Program-made: the position numbers and the translations under genes
Source: Candidatus Solibacter usitatus
Lineage (GTDB): Bacteria; Acidobacteriota; Terriglobia; Bryobacterales; Bryobacteraceae
Direction of reading: 5' to 3'
Length of the DNA stretch: 64,000 nucleotides
Assembly: GCA_016191645.1 (NCBI GenBank)
Contig: JACPVQ010000044.1
Coordinates: 1,371 to 65,370, forward strand
In this document: positions 1 through 9,475 of the stretch, in pieces
Layout: each line of letters starts with the position of its first letter
Numbering within the stretch: the stretch's first letter is position 1
The notes under the pieces: model-generated
Seen by the model: only the letters and a program-made list of their open reading frames with translations
What the model was told of the DNA's origin: nothing
Databases searched by the model: none

Positions 1-151
1 CCGTTACTGGCACTACGCATACGAGTGGAAATCGCTGACCGGAGATCACATCAGGATCGCTCACCACAACGCAGGGTCTCACACCGCGTTGTTCATGACC
101 GAACGTGGGGCCGAGTTCGACAACGACCACGGTCCCGCGAGTAATCTCCAC
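1..151 (-). CDS. mazF: PemK/MazF-family mRNA interferase toxin, 3' part runs off the window
   Basis: Not in the ORF track. Manual translation from GTG at 151, which overlaps the antitoxin stop (TAGTG): MEITRGTVVVVELGPTFGHEQRGVRPCVVVSDPDVISGQRFPLVCVVPVT. This has the PemK signature RG..V.L.P..G.EQ.G.RP.VVVS...VVP.T. Confidence 0.9.
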   Translation of the reverse strand, partial: MEITRGTVVVVELGPTFGHEQRGVRPCVVVSDPDVISGQRFPLVCVVPVT

Positions 152-462
152 TAGATCGGCTCCACCCAGCCTACACCGGGCACCCACTGAACCGGCTTGC
201 CCGCGCCTGCATCGAGAAGCGAATCCGCGTCCTCCTCAGGCAAGTTATTTTGCCATTCCGCAAGTCCCGTGCCGGAGAGCTCCGTACAATCAGGGTGAGG
301 ATTCATCAGTGATTGGCGAAGATCTTCCCGGCGCCGGCGATCCAGTTCGTTCTGGACTGCCTCCGCAACGAACCGGCTGCGGTTCTTCTCTCGTCTGTCG
401 ATACCTCGAACGAGATCGTTCGGCAAAGAGACCGTTACGCGCTCGACCTTGGTTATTTTCAT
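151..462 (-). CDS. Ribbon-helix-helix (CopG-like) antitoxin
   Basis: N-terminal RVTVSLPNDLVRGIDR..NRSRFVAEAV is an RHH pattern; acidic C-terminal tail; directly upstream of and coupled to the MazF-like toxin. Confidence 0.85.
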   Translation of the reverse strand: MKITKVERVTVSLPNDLVRGIDRREKNRSRFVAEAVQNELDRRRREDLRQSLMNPHPDCTELSGTGLAEWQNNLPEEDADSLLDAGAGKPVQWVPGVGWVEPI

Positions 463-483
463 ACTCTAAGTATGAATAATACC
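451..483. promoter_or_regulatory. Palindromic TA operator overlapping the -10 box and antitoxin start codon
   Basis: TTCATACT-CTA-AGTATGAA perfect inverted repeat (458-476), extending imperfectly to 451-483; CATACT -10-like hexamer 6 nt before the ATG. Confidence 0.7.
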
Positions 484-493
484 ACTTTGCTAC

Positions 494-3175
494 TCACTTC
501 CGATGCAGAATGGCGTTGAACAACATGTTGAACTCGCCGTAATTCTGCCAGCGGTAACAGGGATTGGTCGCAAACAGGATCACGCGGCCGGTGCCGGATG
601 GAATATCAACGATGGCTGCGCGGTTGCGAGTTTCCGCCGGGTTCTTCATGAGGCCGCTGAGAACTGCGCTGTCCGTACCCTTGAATTGCATCAGCACCAT
701 GCTCTTGTCCCGGGTTTGAACGTTCAGCAGCGGACCATTGGCGTAGCGAACCGATGCCGTCTTGGCGTTGTACCCATAGAAAATGGGATGCGCGGCCTGC
801 AGGATGTCGGCTTCCACGATGGGACCCGGGGCGTAGAACTGCGCGGTGGGCCGCGACGCTTCCACGCGCGACGCGACACCGAATTCCACGGGAAAAGCAC
901 TGGCGGCGCCCATCGTAATCAGCGTACCGCCGGCTTTCACGAACTGATCGATTTCCAGAACGCCCGGCAATCCCATGCCGCCGCTGATGTCTTCCGATTC
1001 GCCGTACGGGCTCTTGAAGGCGAGCTTCTTGCCGCGTGAATCGATGTCGAATACAAGCCCCTTGGCCGTGCGGCCCTGATGCGGCATCACGATGACATCG
1101 TAGGAGTCGCGCAATTTGCCGGCACGAATGCGCTCTTTATAGATGAGATCGAACGGCACTTCGAATTGATCCAGCGCGTGACGGACCCAGCCGACCTCTT
1201 GCGTGTTGCCCCAAGTGGAAAAAACGGCTAGGCGCGGCAACGGCACGGCGTGGCGTTTTCCTTCGGGCAATTTCTCCAATGCCGCGGCCTGCAATCCCAA
1301 ATCCTCCACCGCCTGCTGTACTCGCTTGTGTAAGGCTGCGTCCGCCGTGGAGGAAGAAATCAGAAACGAGCCTGCGGGGAATGAAACACCATCGGCTTGA
1401 AATGTCTGCTCAACCGCCTCAAACGCGACGTCCTTCAGCCGGTGCCGCAGAGTGATCAAAGCATTCGATCCGTTATGCGCGACGACATAGGCGGCGCGGG
1501 CGGGTCCGCCCGTGAGCTTGCCGCGCGGCTCCAGTTTCTCCACCGTCTGCGTCGCAACCTTCAGAACCGCGGCATCGGCGATTTCCCGCACTTCGATCCG
1601 CGCCATGAGGCCCATGGTCCAGCCGGTATCGTCGTAGGTGCGCAGGTTGGCATCGGGAAAGGACTGCTTCTCCAGCAGGATCTTCGCCAACCGTCCGTAA
1701 GGCTGATCGCGTTTGATGACAAACGATCCTTCGCCAAACTTGCCTTCCTTCAATTGCATCTCGGCCGTGGAACGGCCGACTTCGATGCCTTGCAATCGCA
1801 GCGTATTGACGGCGAAGGCCACGCGGGTCAGATCCTGACCGGCGGGAATCACGAACCCGTATGGCGCGTCTTTCTTTCCCGATTCGATGGAGTTGCGGCT
1901 CTTGCGGTAGAAGTTGTCGAGGACGGTGGCGGGAAAAGACGACGTCAATTCAAGCGCGCTAAGAACGCCGGTCTGCATGTAATTCGTGTTGTTGCGCATG
2001 GACCATTCCACGTCGGCGTAGGGAGGCAAAGGCCGGTACCACTCCCGGCTCGTCGCGCCGCGTCCACCGCCGCCACCTCCGCCTCCACCCGCGCCTTCCA
2101 CAGTGATCCGTCTGCGCATGGTATTCGCACCGCCGTTGCCGAATGTTTCATACATGCGCAGCAATCCGTTGTGATTCGACGACATGAAGCCGAGGTATCC
2201 CGGCGACCACATATCGACGAAGCCGTGCGTCCACACGCCGGGCATTCCATAGCGTGTCATCTGATTCATTTCGAAGTTGGAGAACCACGGCATCTCAGAA
2301 TAAATAATCGGATCGAGCGTGGGATTCTGCGGCGATTGTCCGCTGAACGTGTACAGGAACGCCACCGATTCATGCAGGTCATGCATGATGGGCGGGTGCC
2401 ATTGCAGGTACCAGCGCAGCAGATTGCGATTGGTCACTTGGGAATAATTGATATCGCGATTGTTGTCGTGAAAGACGTACTTGCCCCAATAGGGCGGACC
2501 GGGAAGGCGCTCGTCTTCGGTCTTCTGCTCGATGCCGTAGGCGTAATACCAATCAACCACGCGGTCGCGCCCATCGGGTTCGGCGGCAGGAGTGATGGAG
2601 ACGATCACGTTGTCGCGGATCTTGCGAATCAGATCCGAGTCTTCCGTCACCAGACGGTACGCCAGTTCCATGAGCATCTCGGGCGGTCCCGTCTCGGTGG
2701 AATGCAGTCCACCCATCAGGTGGTAAATGGGTCTGATTCCCGCGATGATCTTTCGAGCCTCGGCTTCGCTGGTGTTCCGTGGATCGGCCAGTTTGGCCAA
2801 CCCTTCGCGCGTGCGATCCAGGTTGCGAATGTTCGCTTCATTCGAAATCATGACGACCACGCAATCGCGGCCCTCGTCCGTTTTGCCGGTATCGACGATG
2901 CGCACGCGCTTGCTGGCCGCCGCCAAAGCGCGATAGTAGCTGAGAAGCTTCGGGTAGGCGGTCAGCTTGTTCGGCGCTCCCACGTGGTAGCCGAGCACGT
3001 CCTTGGGCGACGGGATTCCGGACACCTTCGGCAGATGGTCGACTAGCGGACTAGAGAACTCCGGTTTCGTGGTCCATTGTTTGACGGACTTGGCGAAGTC
3101 GTCATCCATGGTTTGCGCGCACACCGGTAGCGCCAAGAGCGCGAGACTTACAATAAAGACATTGCTGGATCGCAT
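494..3175 (-). CDS. Secreted M14-family zinc carboxypeptidase with C-terminal glutamine-amidotransferase-like domain
   Basis: Signal peptide; HSTE (HxxE), DNNRD and HDLHE zinc/substrate motifs. Start placed at ATG 3175 (GTG 3187 is an alternative). Confidence 0.85.
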   Translation of the reverse strand: MRSSNVFIVSLALLALPVCAQTMDDDFAKSVKQWTTKPEFSSPLVDHLPKVSGIPSPKDVLGYHVGAPNKLTAYPKLLSYYRALAAASKRVRIVDTGKTDEGRDCVVVMISNEANIRNLDRTREGLAKLADPRNTSEAEARKIIAGIRPIYHLMGGLHSTETGPPEMLMELAYRLVTEDSDLIRKIRDNVIVSITPAAEPDGRDRVVDWYYAYGIEQKTEDERLPGPPYWGKYVFHDNNRDINYSQVTNRNLLRWYLQWHPPIMHDLHESVAFLYTFSGQSPQNPTLDPIIYSEMPWFSNFEMNQMTRYGMPGVWTHGFVDMWSPGYLGFMSSNHNGLLRMYETFGNGGANTMRRRITVEGAGGGGGGGGGRGATSREWYRPLPPYADVEWSMRNNTNYMQTGVLSALELTSSFPATVLDNFYRKSRNSIESGKKDAPYGFVIPAGQDLTRVAFAVNTLRLQGIEVGRSTAEMQLKEGKFGEGSFVIKRDQPYGRLAKILLEKQSFPDANLRTYDDTGWTMGLMARIEVREIADAAVLKVATQTVEKLEPRGKLTGGPARAAYVVAHNGSNALITLRHRLKDVAFEAVEQTFQADGVSFPAGSFLISSSTADAALHKRVQQAVEDLGLQAAALEKLPEGKRHAVPLPRLAVFSTWGNTQEVGWVRHALDQFEVPFDLIYKERIRAGKLRDSYDVIVMPHQGRTAKGLVFDIDSRGKKLAFKSPYGESEDISGGMGLPGVLEIDQFVKAGGTLITMGAASAFPVEFGVASRVEASRPTAQFYAPGPIVEADILQAAHPIFYGYNAKTASVRYANGPLLNVQTRDKSMVLMQFKGTDSAVLSGLMKNPAETRNRAAIVDIPSGTGRVILFATNPCYRWQNYGEFNMLFNAILHRK

Positions 3176-4511
3176 TGTTGAAACCACGTTACGTTATAGC
3201 ATGTTCGCCCGCGGCGACCGTGTGGGCGTCGCCGTGTCGGGAGGGGCCGATTCGCTTTGTCTGCTCCACGCTTTGTACGAATTGCGTGCGCGATGGGAGT
3301 TGCAACTGACGGTTCTTCACGTCGATCACGGGCTGCGCGAGGATTCCGGAGCGGACGCGCACTTTGTGGAAGGAGTGGCGCGAAGCTTGCGGATCAACTT
3401 TCTGCTGCATCGCGTGGACTCAATGGAATCGCCGAACCTGGAGCAAGCGGCGCGCAACGCTCGCCTCAACTTTTTCCACGCGCTGATTCGAGACGGATCA
3501 CTGGATAAAGTTGCGACCGGACACACTGCCTCCGATCAAGCGGAAACCGTTCTGATGCGCTTTCTACGCGGCAGCGGAACGGCGGGACTGGCGGGAATTC
3601 TTCCGGTGACGAAAGAGGGAATTGTCAGGCCGCTATTGGGAATCGAAAGGAGCGACGCGGAAACATTTCTTTCAACGAAGGGGTTGGTGTGGCGGACCGA
3701 TTCGACAAACGACTCGCGGGAGTTTGATCGAAACCGGGTGCGGCTGGATCTGTTGCCCATGCTGGAGCGTGAGTTCAATCCGGCGATTGTATCCGGGCTG
3801 AATCAGGTGGCGGCGTTGGCGCGGGAGGAAGAAGAGTACTGGACGGACTACATCGCAAAACTCGCCGCCGATTCGCTGGAGGCAAGAGGACCCGCGATTC
3901 TCCTCGATTGCCGGAAGTTGGCAGGCCATACAACCGCCGTGCGGCGTCGATTGATCCGCGAGGCCATTCGCAGAGTGAAAGGCGATCTGCGGCAGGTGGA
4001 CTTTCGTCATGTTGAGAGAATTCTGGAAATGGCCGGCGGGGCAGAGGGTCACGGCCGCGCCTTGATCCCTGGCGTGGATGTTTGCCGGTCTTTCGACTGG
4101 GTTCGTTTTGCGCCGCCGGGCCTTGACGCGGGGGTAGACCGGTTGGCCAACAGGCCCCTGACTTTCCCAGGGGAAAGTTGCCTGGACGCCTGGTCTCGGG
4201 CCGTGGCCATAACGCCAACGCCGGACGCTGGCTATAATGATGGTTGTAACGTTATCGATATCGAAAAGCTGGCAGGGCCGTTGATTTTGCGCTACTGGCT
4301 GCCGGGTGATGCGTATTGTCCGGCAGGCCGGGAACGGCCGGAAAAGATCAAACAAATGTTCCAGGACGCTCGTATCCCCTTATGGGAAAGGCGTTTCTGG
4401 CCGATTATCGAGAGTGCAAGCAGCATTGTTTGGAGCCGAAGGTTCGGCGTAAGCCGGGATTGCGCGCCGCAAGCGGGGTCCCGGAAACTGGGAGTAGTGA
4501 GCGAATCCTGA
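3162..4511 (+). CDS. tilS: tRNA(Ile)-lysidine synthetase
   Basis: VAVSGGADS PP-loop, HVDHGLR, GHTASDQAET, DSTN, RNRVR and C-terminal KIKQMFQDARIP..ERR.WP. TTG 3162 follows TACAAT by 7 nt (ATG 3201 is an alternative). Confidence 0.95.
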   Translation: MLDRIVETTLRYSMFARGDRVGVAVSGGADSLCLLHALYELRARWELQLTVLHVDHGLREDSGADAHFVEGVARSLRINFLLHRVDSMESPNLEQAARNARLNFFHALIRDGSLDKVATGHTASDQAETVLMRFLRGSGTAGLAGILPVTKEGIVRPLLGIERSDAETFLSTKGLVWRTDSTNDSREFDRNRVRLDLLPMLEREFNPAIVSGLNQVAALAREEEEYWTDYIAKLAADSLEARGPAILLDCRKLAGHTTAVRRRLIREAIRRVKGDLRQVDFRHVERILEMAGGAEGHGRALIPGVDVCRSFDWVRFAPPGLDAGVDRLANRPLTFPGESCLDAWSRAVAITPTPDAGYNDGCNVIDIEKLAGPLILRYWLPGDAYCPAGRERPEKIKQMFQDARIPLWERRFWPIIESASSIVWSRRFGVSRDCAPQAGSRKLGVVSES

Positions 4512-4593
4512 TTTTTTATGCCGTCTGGGAATCCTCTTGGTGTGAAAGAACGTCTGTACAGATAGGACCGCAAGGCCTGATTTAAGGAATGAC

Positions 4594-6492
4594 ATGAATT
4601 CAAACGTGAAGACCGCGATCTTCTGGGTGGTGTTGATCTGCGTGGCGGTAATTTTGTGGACCGTGGTGCGCAACGGGAAGACCAGACCCGAGAGCGCCAT
4701 TAATTTCTCGAACTTCCTCTACAACGTGGAAGCGGGAAAGGTAAAGAGCGTTACCATCACGTCGAACGAGGTCCGCGGTCTGTACAACGACGACAACGGA
4801 TTCCGCACAACCATCCCCACGAACTATCCCGACCTGTACAAGACGCTGCGCGAAAAGAACGTCGGCATCGACATTAAGGATACGTCGTCCGGCACGTGGC
4901 TCAGCGTGGTGTTGAACACGCTGCCCTTCGTGATCATGATCGCCTTCTGGCTCTTCTTTATGCGCCAGATGCAGAGCGGCGGAAACAAGGCTCTGAGCTT
5001 CGGCAAGAGCCGCGCGCGCCTGCATTCCTCGCAGCAGAAGAAGGTCACGTTCAAGGACGTGGCAGGCGTGGAAGAAGCCAAAGAAGAGTTGCAGGAGATC
5101 ATCGAATTCCTGCGCGAGCCGCAAAAGTTTCAAAAGCTGGGTGGACGCATTCCCAAGGGCGTCTTGCTGGTGGGGTCGCCTGGCACAGGAAAAACGCTGC
5201 TCGCCCGCGCCATTGCCGGCGAAGCGAATGTTCCATTCTTTTCCATCTCGGGTTCCGATTTTGTGGAGATGTTTGTCGGCGTCGGCGCGAGCCGTGTTCG
5301 CGACCTGTTTGAGCAGGGCAAGAAAAATGCTCCCTGCATTATTTTTATCGATGAAATCGACGCTGTTGGCAGGCACCGCGGCGCGGGCCTCGGCGGCGGG
5401 CACGATGAACGGGAACAGACGCTGAACCAGTTGCTGGTGGAGATGGACGGCTTTGAATCGAACGAAGGCGTCATCTTGGTGGCGGCGACGAATCGCCCCG
5501 ACGTGTTGGATCCGGCGCTGCTGCGGCCCGGCCGTTTCGACCGGCGCGTGGTAGTGGATCTTCCGGATGTGCGGGGCCGCGAGGCGATCCTCAAAGTTCA
5601 CACGAAGAAAATTCCGCTCGCCGACGATATCGAATTGTCCGTGATCGCCCGCGGGACGCCGCGATTTGCCGGCGCGGACCTTGCCAACCTGGTAAATGAA
5701 GCGGCATTGATCGCCGCGCGCCAGAACCGCAAGGTCGTCACCATGCACGACTTCGAAATGGCGAAGGACAAGGTTCTGATGGGCGTGGAGCGCAAGAGCC
5801 GCGTCATCAGCGATGGCGAGAAAAAGCACACGGCATACCACGAAGCCGGTCACGCACTGGTGGCCGCGAAGATTCCGCAGGCCATGCCTCTGCACAAGGT
5901 GACCATCATCCCGCGCGGCATGGCGTTGGGCGTGACGATGTTCCTGCCTGAGGGCGATCAGGTGGACTACACCAAGGAGCAGGCGGAAGCGCAGATTGCG
6001 GTGTCCATGGCGGGCCGCATCGCCGATGAGATGTTCTGCAACATGAAGAGCGCCGGCGCCAGCAACGACATTGAGAAAGCCACCGAGTTGTCGCGCAAGA
6101 TGGTTTGCGAATGGGGCATGAGCGAGTTGGGTCCGTTGAGCTTTGGCAAGAAAGACGAACAGATCTTTCTGGGCCGCGAGATCAACACGCATCGCGATTA
6201 CAGCGAAGACACGGCGCAGCGCATTGATGAGCAGGTGCGCGCGTTTGTCAACGCCGGTTATGATCGCGCCAAGGCCATCATCGAGAACAACCGCGAGGCC
6301 ATCGTGCGCATTGCCGAAGCGCTGCTGGAGCGCGAGGTTCTGGACGTCCACGACGTGCGGCTGCTCATTGCAGGGTCGCCGATTGCGGCGCAGCCTCCCG
6401 TGGATGATGACAAGCCGCAGCAAGTGGTGCGTCCCGAAGGCGGTATTCGCGTTCCCGGCCTCATGGAAGGCGCCGGTCCGCAACCTGCGTGA
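4594..6492 (+). CDS. ftsH: ATP-dependent zinc metalloprotease FtsH
   Basis: Two TM helices, Walker A GSPGTGKT, Walker [36 protein letters not shown] zinc motif; AAGGA RBS. Confidence 0.98.
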   Translation: MNSNVKTAIFWVVLICVAVILWTVVRNGKTRPESAINFSNFLYNVEAGKVKSVTITSNEVRGLYNDDNGFRTTIPTNYPDLYKTLREKNVGIDIKDTSSGTWLSVVLNTLPFVIMIAFWLFFMRQMQSGGNKALSFGKSRARLHSSQQKKVTFKDVAGVEEAKEELQEIIEFLREPQKFQKLGGRIPKGVLLVGSPGTGKTLLARAIAGEANVPFFSISGSDFVEMFVGVGASRVRDLFEQGKKNAPCIIFIDEIDAVGRHRGAGLGGGHDEREQTLNQLLVEMDGFESNEGVILVAATNRPDVLDPALLRPGRFDRRVVVDLPDVRGREAILKVHTKKIPLADDIELSVIARGTPRFAGADLANLVNEAALIAARQNRKVVTMHDFEMAKDKVLMGVERKSRVISDGEKKHTAYHEAGHALVAAKIPQAMPLHKVTIIPRGMALGVTMFLPEGDQVDYTKEQAEAQIAVSMAGRIADEMFCNMKSAGASNDIEKATELSRKMVCEWGMSELGPLSFGKKDEQIFLGREINTHRDYSEDTAQRIDEQVRAFVNAGYDRAKAIIENNREAIVRIAEALLEREVLDVHDVRLLIAGSPIAAQPPVDDDKPQQVVRPEGGIRVPGLMEGAGPQPA

Positions 6493-7118
6493 TTCCGGCT
6501 TTCCCGGTTTACCTGTTCGACGTAGACGGAACGCTGCTCGATTCCGCTGCCGATATTTGCGGTGCTGTGCGGGACACGTTTTCCGAATGCGGCATCGATG
6601 GGCTTGACGAATCCCATCTGCGTTCCTACATCGGCCACCATCTTTTCGATCTCTTCGAAGATGTGATCCCCGGGGTGAGTCAGGAACAGAAAGACCATCT
6701 GCTGGTGCGCTACCGGGCGATCTACGCAGCACGCGGTCATTCCTCGACACGGCCCTATGATGGCGTCGCGGAGGCTTTGGCACGCATTCCGGGGCGCAAA
6801 TCGACGGCAACCACAAAGAGCACCCAGACTGTGCGCATCATCCTGGGCCAGTTTGGATTATTGAGCTATTTCGAACACGTGCAGGGCACGGACGGATTTC
6901 CGGCTAAGCCGGCCCCGGACGTGATCTACAAGTCCTTGGAGGCTTTACAAGTGCGGGCGAAGGATGTGCTCCTGGTTGGCGATTCGGAGACCGACATGGC
7001 CGCCGGCCGAGCCGCCGGCGTGCGCGTATGCGCGGTCCAATACGGCTACGGGGACATCGAAAAGATGAAGGCATTTCAGCCGGATTATTGGATCGGGCAT
7101 TTGAACGAACTCTGCTAG
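6489..7118 (+). CDS. HAD-family phosphatase (phosphoglycolate phosphatase/PpaX-like)
   Basis: FDVDGTL motif I, KPAP, VGDSETD motif IV; GTGA overlap with ftsH. Confidence 0.9.
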   Translation: MIPAFPVYLFDVDGTLLDSAADICGAVRDTFSECGIDGLDESHLRSYIGHHLFDLFEDVIPGVSQEQKDHLLVRYRAIYAARGHSSTRPYDGVAEALARIPGRKSTATTKSTQTVRIILGQFGLLSYFEHVQGTDGFPAKPAPDVIYKSLEALQVRAKDVLLVGDSETDMAAGRAAGVRVCAVQYGYGDIEKMKAFQPDYWIGHLNELC

Positions 7119-7131
7119 TTGGCAACCACTG

Positions 7132-7161
7132 CCGGCAGAGGCGATCTGGAGATCTGCCCAC
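7132..7161. repeat. Partial copy of the REP-like element (one end)
   Basis: CCGGCAGAGGCGATCTGGAGATCTGCCCAC closely matches 28243-28273; lies between convergent genes. Confidence 0.75.
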
Positions 7162-7184
7162 ACGGCAGCAGAGCCGTCGAGCAC

Positions 7185-8252
7185 CTAATGGGCGATGGTG
7201 AACGGAAGGTCCTTCGTTTTCACCGTGAGTCGCATTTCGACGCGCTCGAACGTATCGACGTCGAAAGCCCGGTCGATGCGATTCCCTGCGAGGTCCTCAA
7301 TCGTCATGCCGATGCGCAGCTTGTACGAACCCGCCTTCCATGGCTGGTCCGGTGTAAACAGCCATTGCGTCTCTTCCTTTGCCACAGCCGCATCGCCGCC
7401 GACAACCGCTCCGGACGGATCGACCACGGAGATCAACCGTTGCAGAAGCGCGGCGTCCAGAGATTCGGGAAAGCCCAATTGCAAAGGAGCCCGTCCACCT
7501 GCGGCTGGAGCATCGACGCGCCATTCTTCGATGCGCGGAGGCGTACGGTCGGCGTCAGCGACAAGGAATTTCTTGCGATGCTCAGACATCATCGGAGTAC
7601 CGGAAGCATCGGGCCAAGCGGCATCGACGACGATCTCATAATGACGTCCGGGGATGAGAGCGGGCCCGGCTTCATTGTGCGGCACCAAGCCGCGTTTGAT
7701 GCGGCCCGGATCGAAGAGAACCGTCAGGCGTCTGCCTTCGCGATCCCACAACTCTTCCTCAATCTCCAGGAAAGGCAGCGACACTTCCTTGCCGGCGTCG
7801 TCGACGAGGTGAATGCGACGCCACGCCTCGCCGCGGCTCATGGGCGCGGAAAAGTGCAGGTACAACTTGAGCAGATTCGCGGGCAGCACGCTCTTCGTCG
7901 GATTGATGCCGGTAACACGGGCGGACGGAGTGAGCGAGATCTTGGGGATGGTGAATAGAGCTTCCACCGGCGCTCCCGCCGGCGGTTGGTAGGAGGCGCG
8001 ATAGGAAAGCCCGGGCTGCAAAGGGAAACGCGGGCGGAAGTACAGAACATCGCCGGAAGTTTCGTACGTCCCGGCCAACGCGGGCACCTCTCCGGAAGTA
8101 TGTACGCGCACCTGAAAATCGGCATAGGAAGGAGAAACGGCAACGCCGCGCAGAGAGAACACGTCCCTCCGCGCGGCGTCTTTTTCCAATTGAATACTGG
8201 CGCCTGCGAGCAGCATCGGCAGGCACGCCGAGGCCCACAGCCGCAACACCAT
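7185..8252 (-). CDS. Secreted hypothetical protein with Ig-like (Big_5-type) domains
   Basis: Signal peptide from ATG 8252; beta-rich; FSAPM, FTPDQPW..G.Y.L and EDLAGN motifs are typical of Big_5-like domains. Confidence 0.65.
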   Translation of the reverse strand: MVLRLWASACLPMLLAGASIQLEKDAARRDVFSLRGVAVSPSYADFQVRVHTSGEVPALAGTYETSGDVLYFRPRFPLQPGLSYRASYQPPAGAPVEALFTIPKISLTPSARVTGINPTKSVLPANLLKLYLHFSAPMSRGEAWRRIHLVDDAGKEVSLPFLEIEEELWDREGRRLTVLFDPGRIKRGLVPHNEAGPALIPGRHYEIVVDAAWPDASGTPMMSEHRKKFLVADADRTPPRIEEWRVDAPAAGGRAPLQLGFPESLDAALLQRLISVVDPSGAVVGGDAAVAKEETQWLFTPDQPWKAGSYKLRIGMTIEDLAGNRIDRAFDVDTFERVEMRLTVKTKDLPFTIAH

Positions 8253-8265
8253 ACGGTTCACCTGG

Positions 8266-9360
8266 CTACGGCAACACGAACTGTTGCAGATTGAGAGATC
8301 CACCTTCGCCGCGGACCAACATCAGGCCGCGCTCGTTGTCGATCTTGTCTAGATGCTCGACGCCCTTCATCGACGCGATGGTCTCATAGGGCACGCCGGT
8401 AACATCCGTCTGCTTCGTGATTCCTTCGTACTTGTCCAGTTTTTCCGCATTGAGCTTCATCACGCCGCGGCTGCTGTTGTTCAGCAGGAAGTAGTTTACG
8501 CCATCCTTTTTGTAGGTGATCATGTCGAGCGGCCGGTTGCGGTTGCCCAGTTCGGCGATGGTGGTGCCCATCACTTTCTTACCGGGCTTCAGGTCAGTCA
8601 GGGGAAACTTCACCAGCGGAGTGCAGGTGTAAGCAGCCAGCACGTGAGGCTGGTTATTGATGCTGTAGGCCACAAAGGTGCGGACCGGAGCGTTCGTTTC
8701 GAAACGTCCATGAGCGCCATGGAAGATTTCGATCGCCGTGCCCTTATCCACTGCCTGGAACGGGAACGGAATGACGCGCAGGTTGGAAGCGAACTCTTCG
8801 TTCGACAAGCCCGCCACGATTACGCGGCCATCAATGTATGCCATGTCGGTGATCGCTTCCTGGCGAGGCGATTGACCGCGGCTGTTCTTCACATCGGCCG
8901 GAGCGTTCGGCAGAGAGGCTTTGCTGTGCTTGATGCCGGCGAGGGAAAGCTCTTCGATCTTACCGGCCCCATCGACGCGGAGAATCACGACAGCGGCGTC
9001 CGGACCCTTGCCGCGCGACACGGAGAAATACACTTTCTTCGAGGCCGGATTCACGGCCATATCATTAATGAGAATCTGGTCGGCGGCGGTCCCCAGAAAC
9101 GCCGCGATTTTTTCGTTAATGCCTTGCACGTCGGCGGCGGGCTTGCCGGCCTTTGTGTCGCCGGTGTCGAGAGCGAACACGGAGGCTTCCTTGTGATCGG
9201 CGACGAACAGAACGCCATCGGGGCCGAAAGCGAGGGAACTGGCCGACTTAATCTCGGCCGTGCCGGGCTTAAGAGAAGTGGTGAGGTTGGCGGCAACCGC
9301 GGGCGCGCAAATCAGCGCCAGCAGGCCGAGGCACAAGAGTGCGAGAACGAACTTCCGCAT
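8266..9360 (-). CDS. Secreted hypothetical protein, probable beta-propeller
   Basis: Clear Sec signal (MRKFVLALLCLGLLALICAPAVA); blade-like segments SLAFGPDGVLFVAD, INDMAVNPASKKVYFS, ITDMAYIDGRVIVA. Confidence 0.75.
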   Translation of the reverse strand: MRKFVLALLCLGLLALICAPAVAANLTTSLKPGTAEIKSASSLAFGPDGVLFVADHKEASVFALDTGDTKAGKPAADVQGINEKIAAFLGTAADQILINDMAVNPASKKVYFSVSRGKGPDAAVVILRVDGAGKIEELSLAGIKHSKASLPNAPADVKNSRGQSPRQEAITDMAYIDGRVIVAGLSNEEFASNLRVIPFPFQAVDKGTAIEIFHGAHGRFETNAPVRTFVAYSINNQPHVLAAYTCTPLVKFPLTDLKPGKKVMGTTIAELGNRNRPLDMITYKKDGVNYFLLNNSSRGVMKLNAEKLDKYEGITKQTDVTGVPYETIASMKGVEHLDKIDNERGLMLVRGEGGSLNLQQFVLP

Positions 9361-9407
9361 GGTGATCATCTCCCAGGTTGGAATGGTTAGCCGAAGCTAT
9401 CGACACA

Positions 9408-9436
9408 ACAATGACAGGGTGGAAAGCGATTGTCAA
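9408..9436 (-). promoter_or_regulatory. Sigma70-type promoter with overlapping inverted repeat/LacI-like site
   Basis: Minus strand TTGACA-17 nt-CATTGT; TGACA-N14-TGTCA dyad (9412-9435) containing GAAAGCGATTGTC. Confidence 0.55.
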
Positions 9437-9475
9437 GCGCAGTGGAGGGAGCAACCGTTATCGTAGATAGAAGCG

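Noticed and set aside
2060..2100. Poly-Gly tract in the M14 peptidase as a phase-variable repeat
   Set aside because: Mixed Gly codons encode an in-frame low-complexity linker, not a slippage-type perfect repeat.
3003..3161. tilS N-terminal extension from 3003
   Set aside because: It overlaps the M14 peptidase coding region and has no TilS similarity.
4600..6816. 738-aa antisense ORF over ftsH, and similar long shadows (1397-3046, 16155-17597, 21662-23239, 24988-26427, 50641-51996, 54906-56462)
   Set aside because: They lie opposite well-supported genes and have no motifs; such shadows are expected from GC-rich codon bias.
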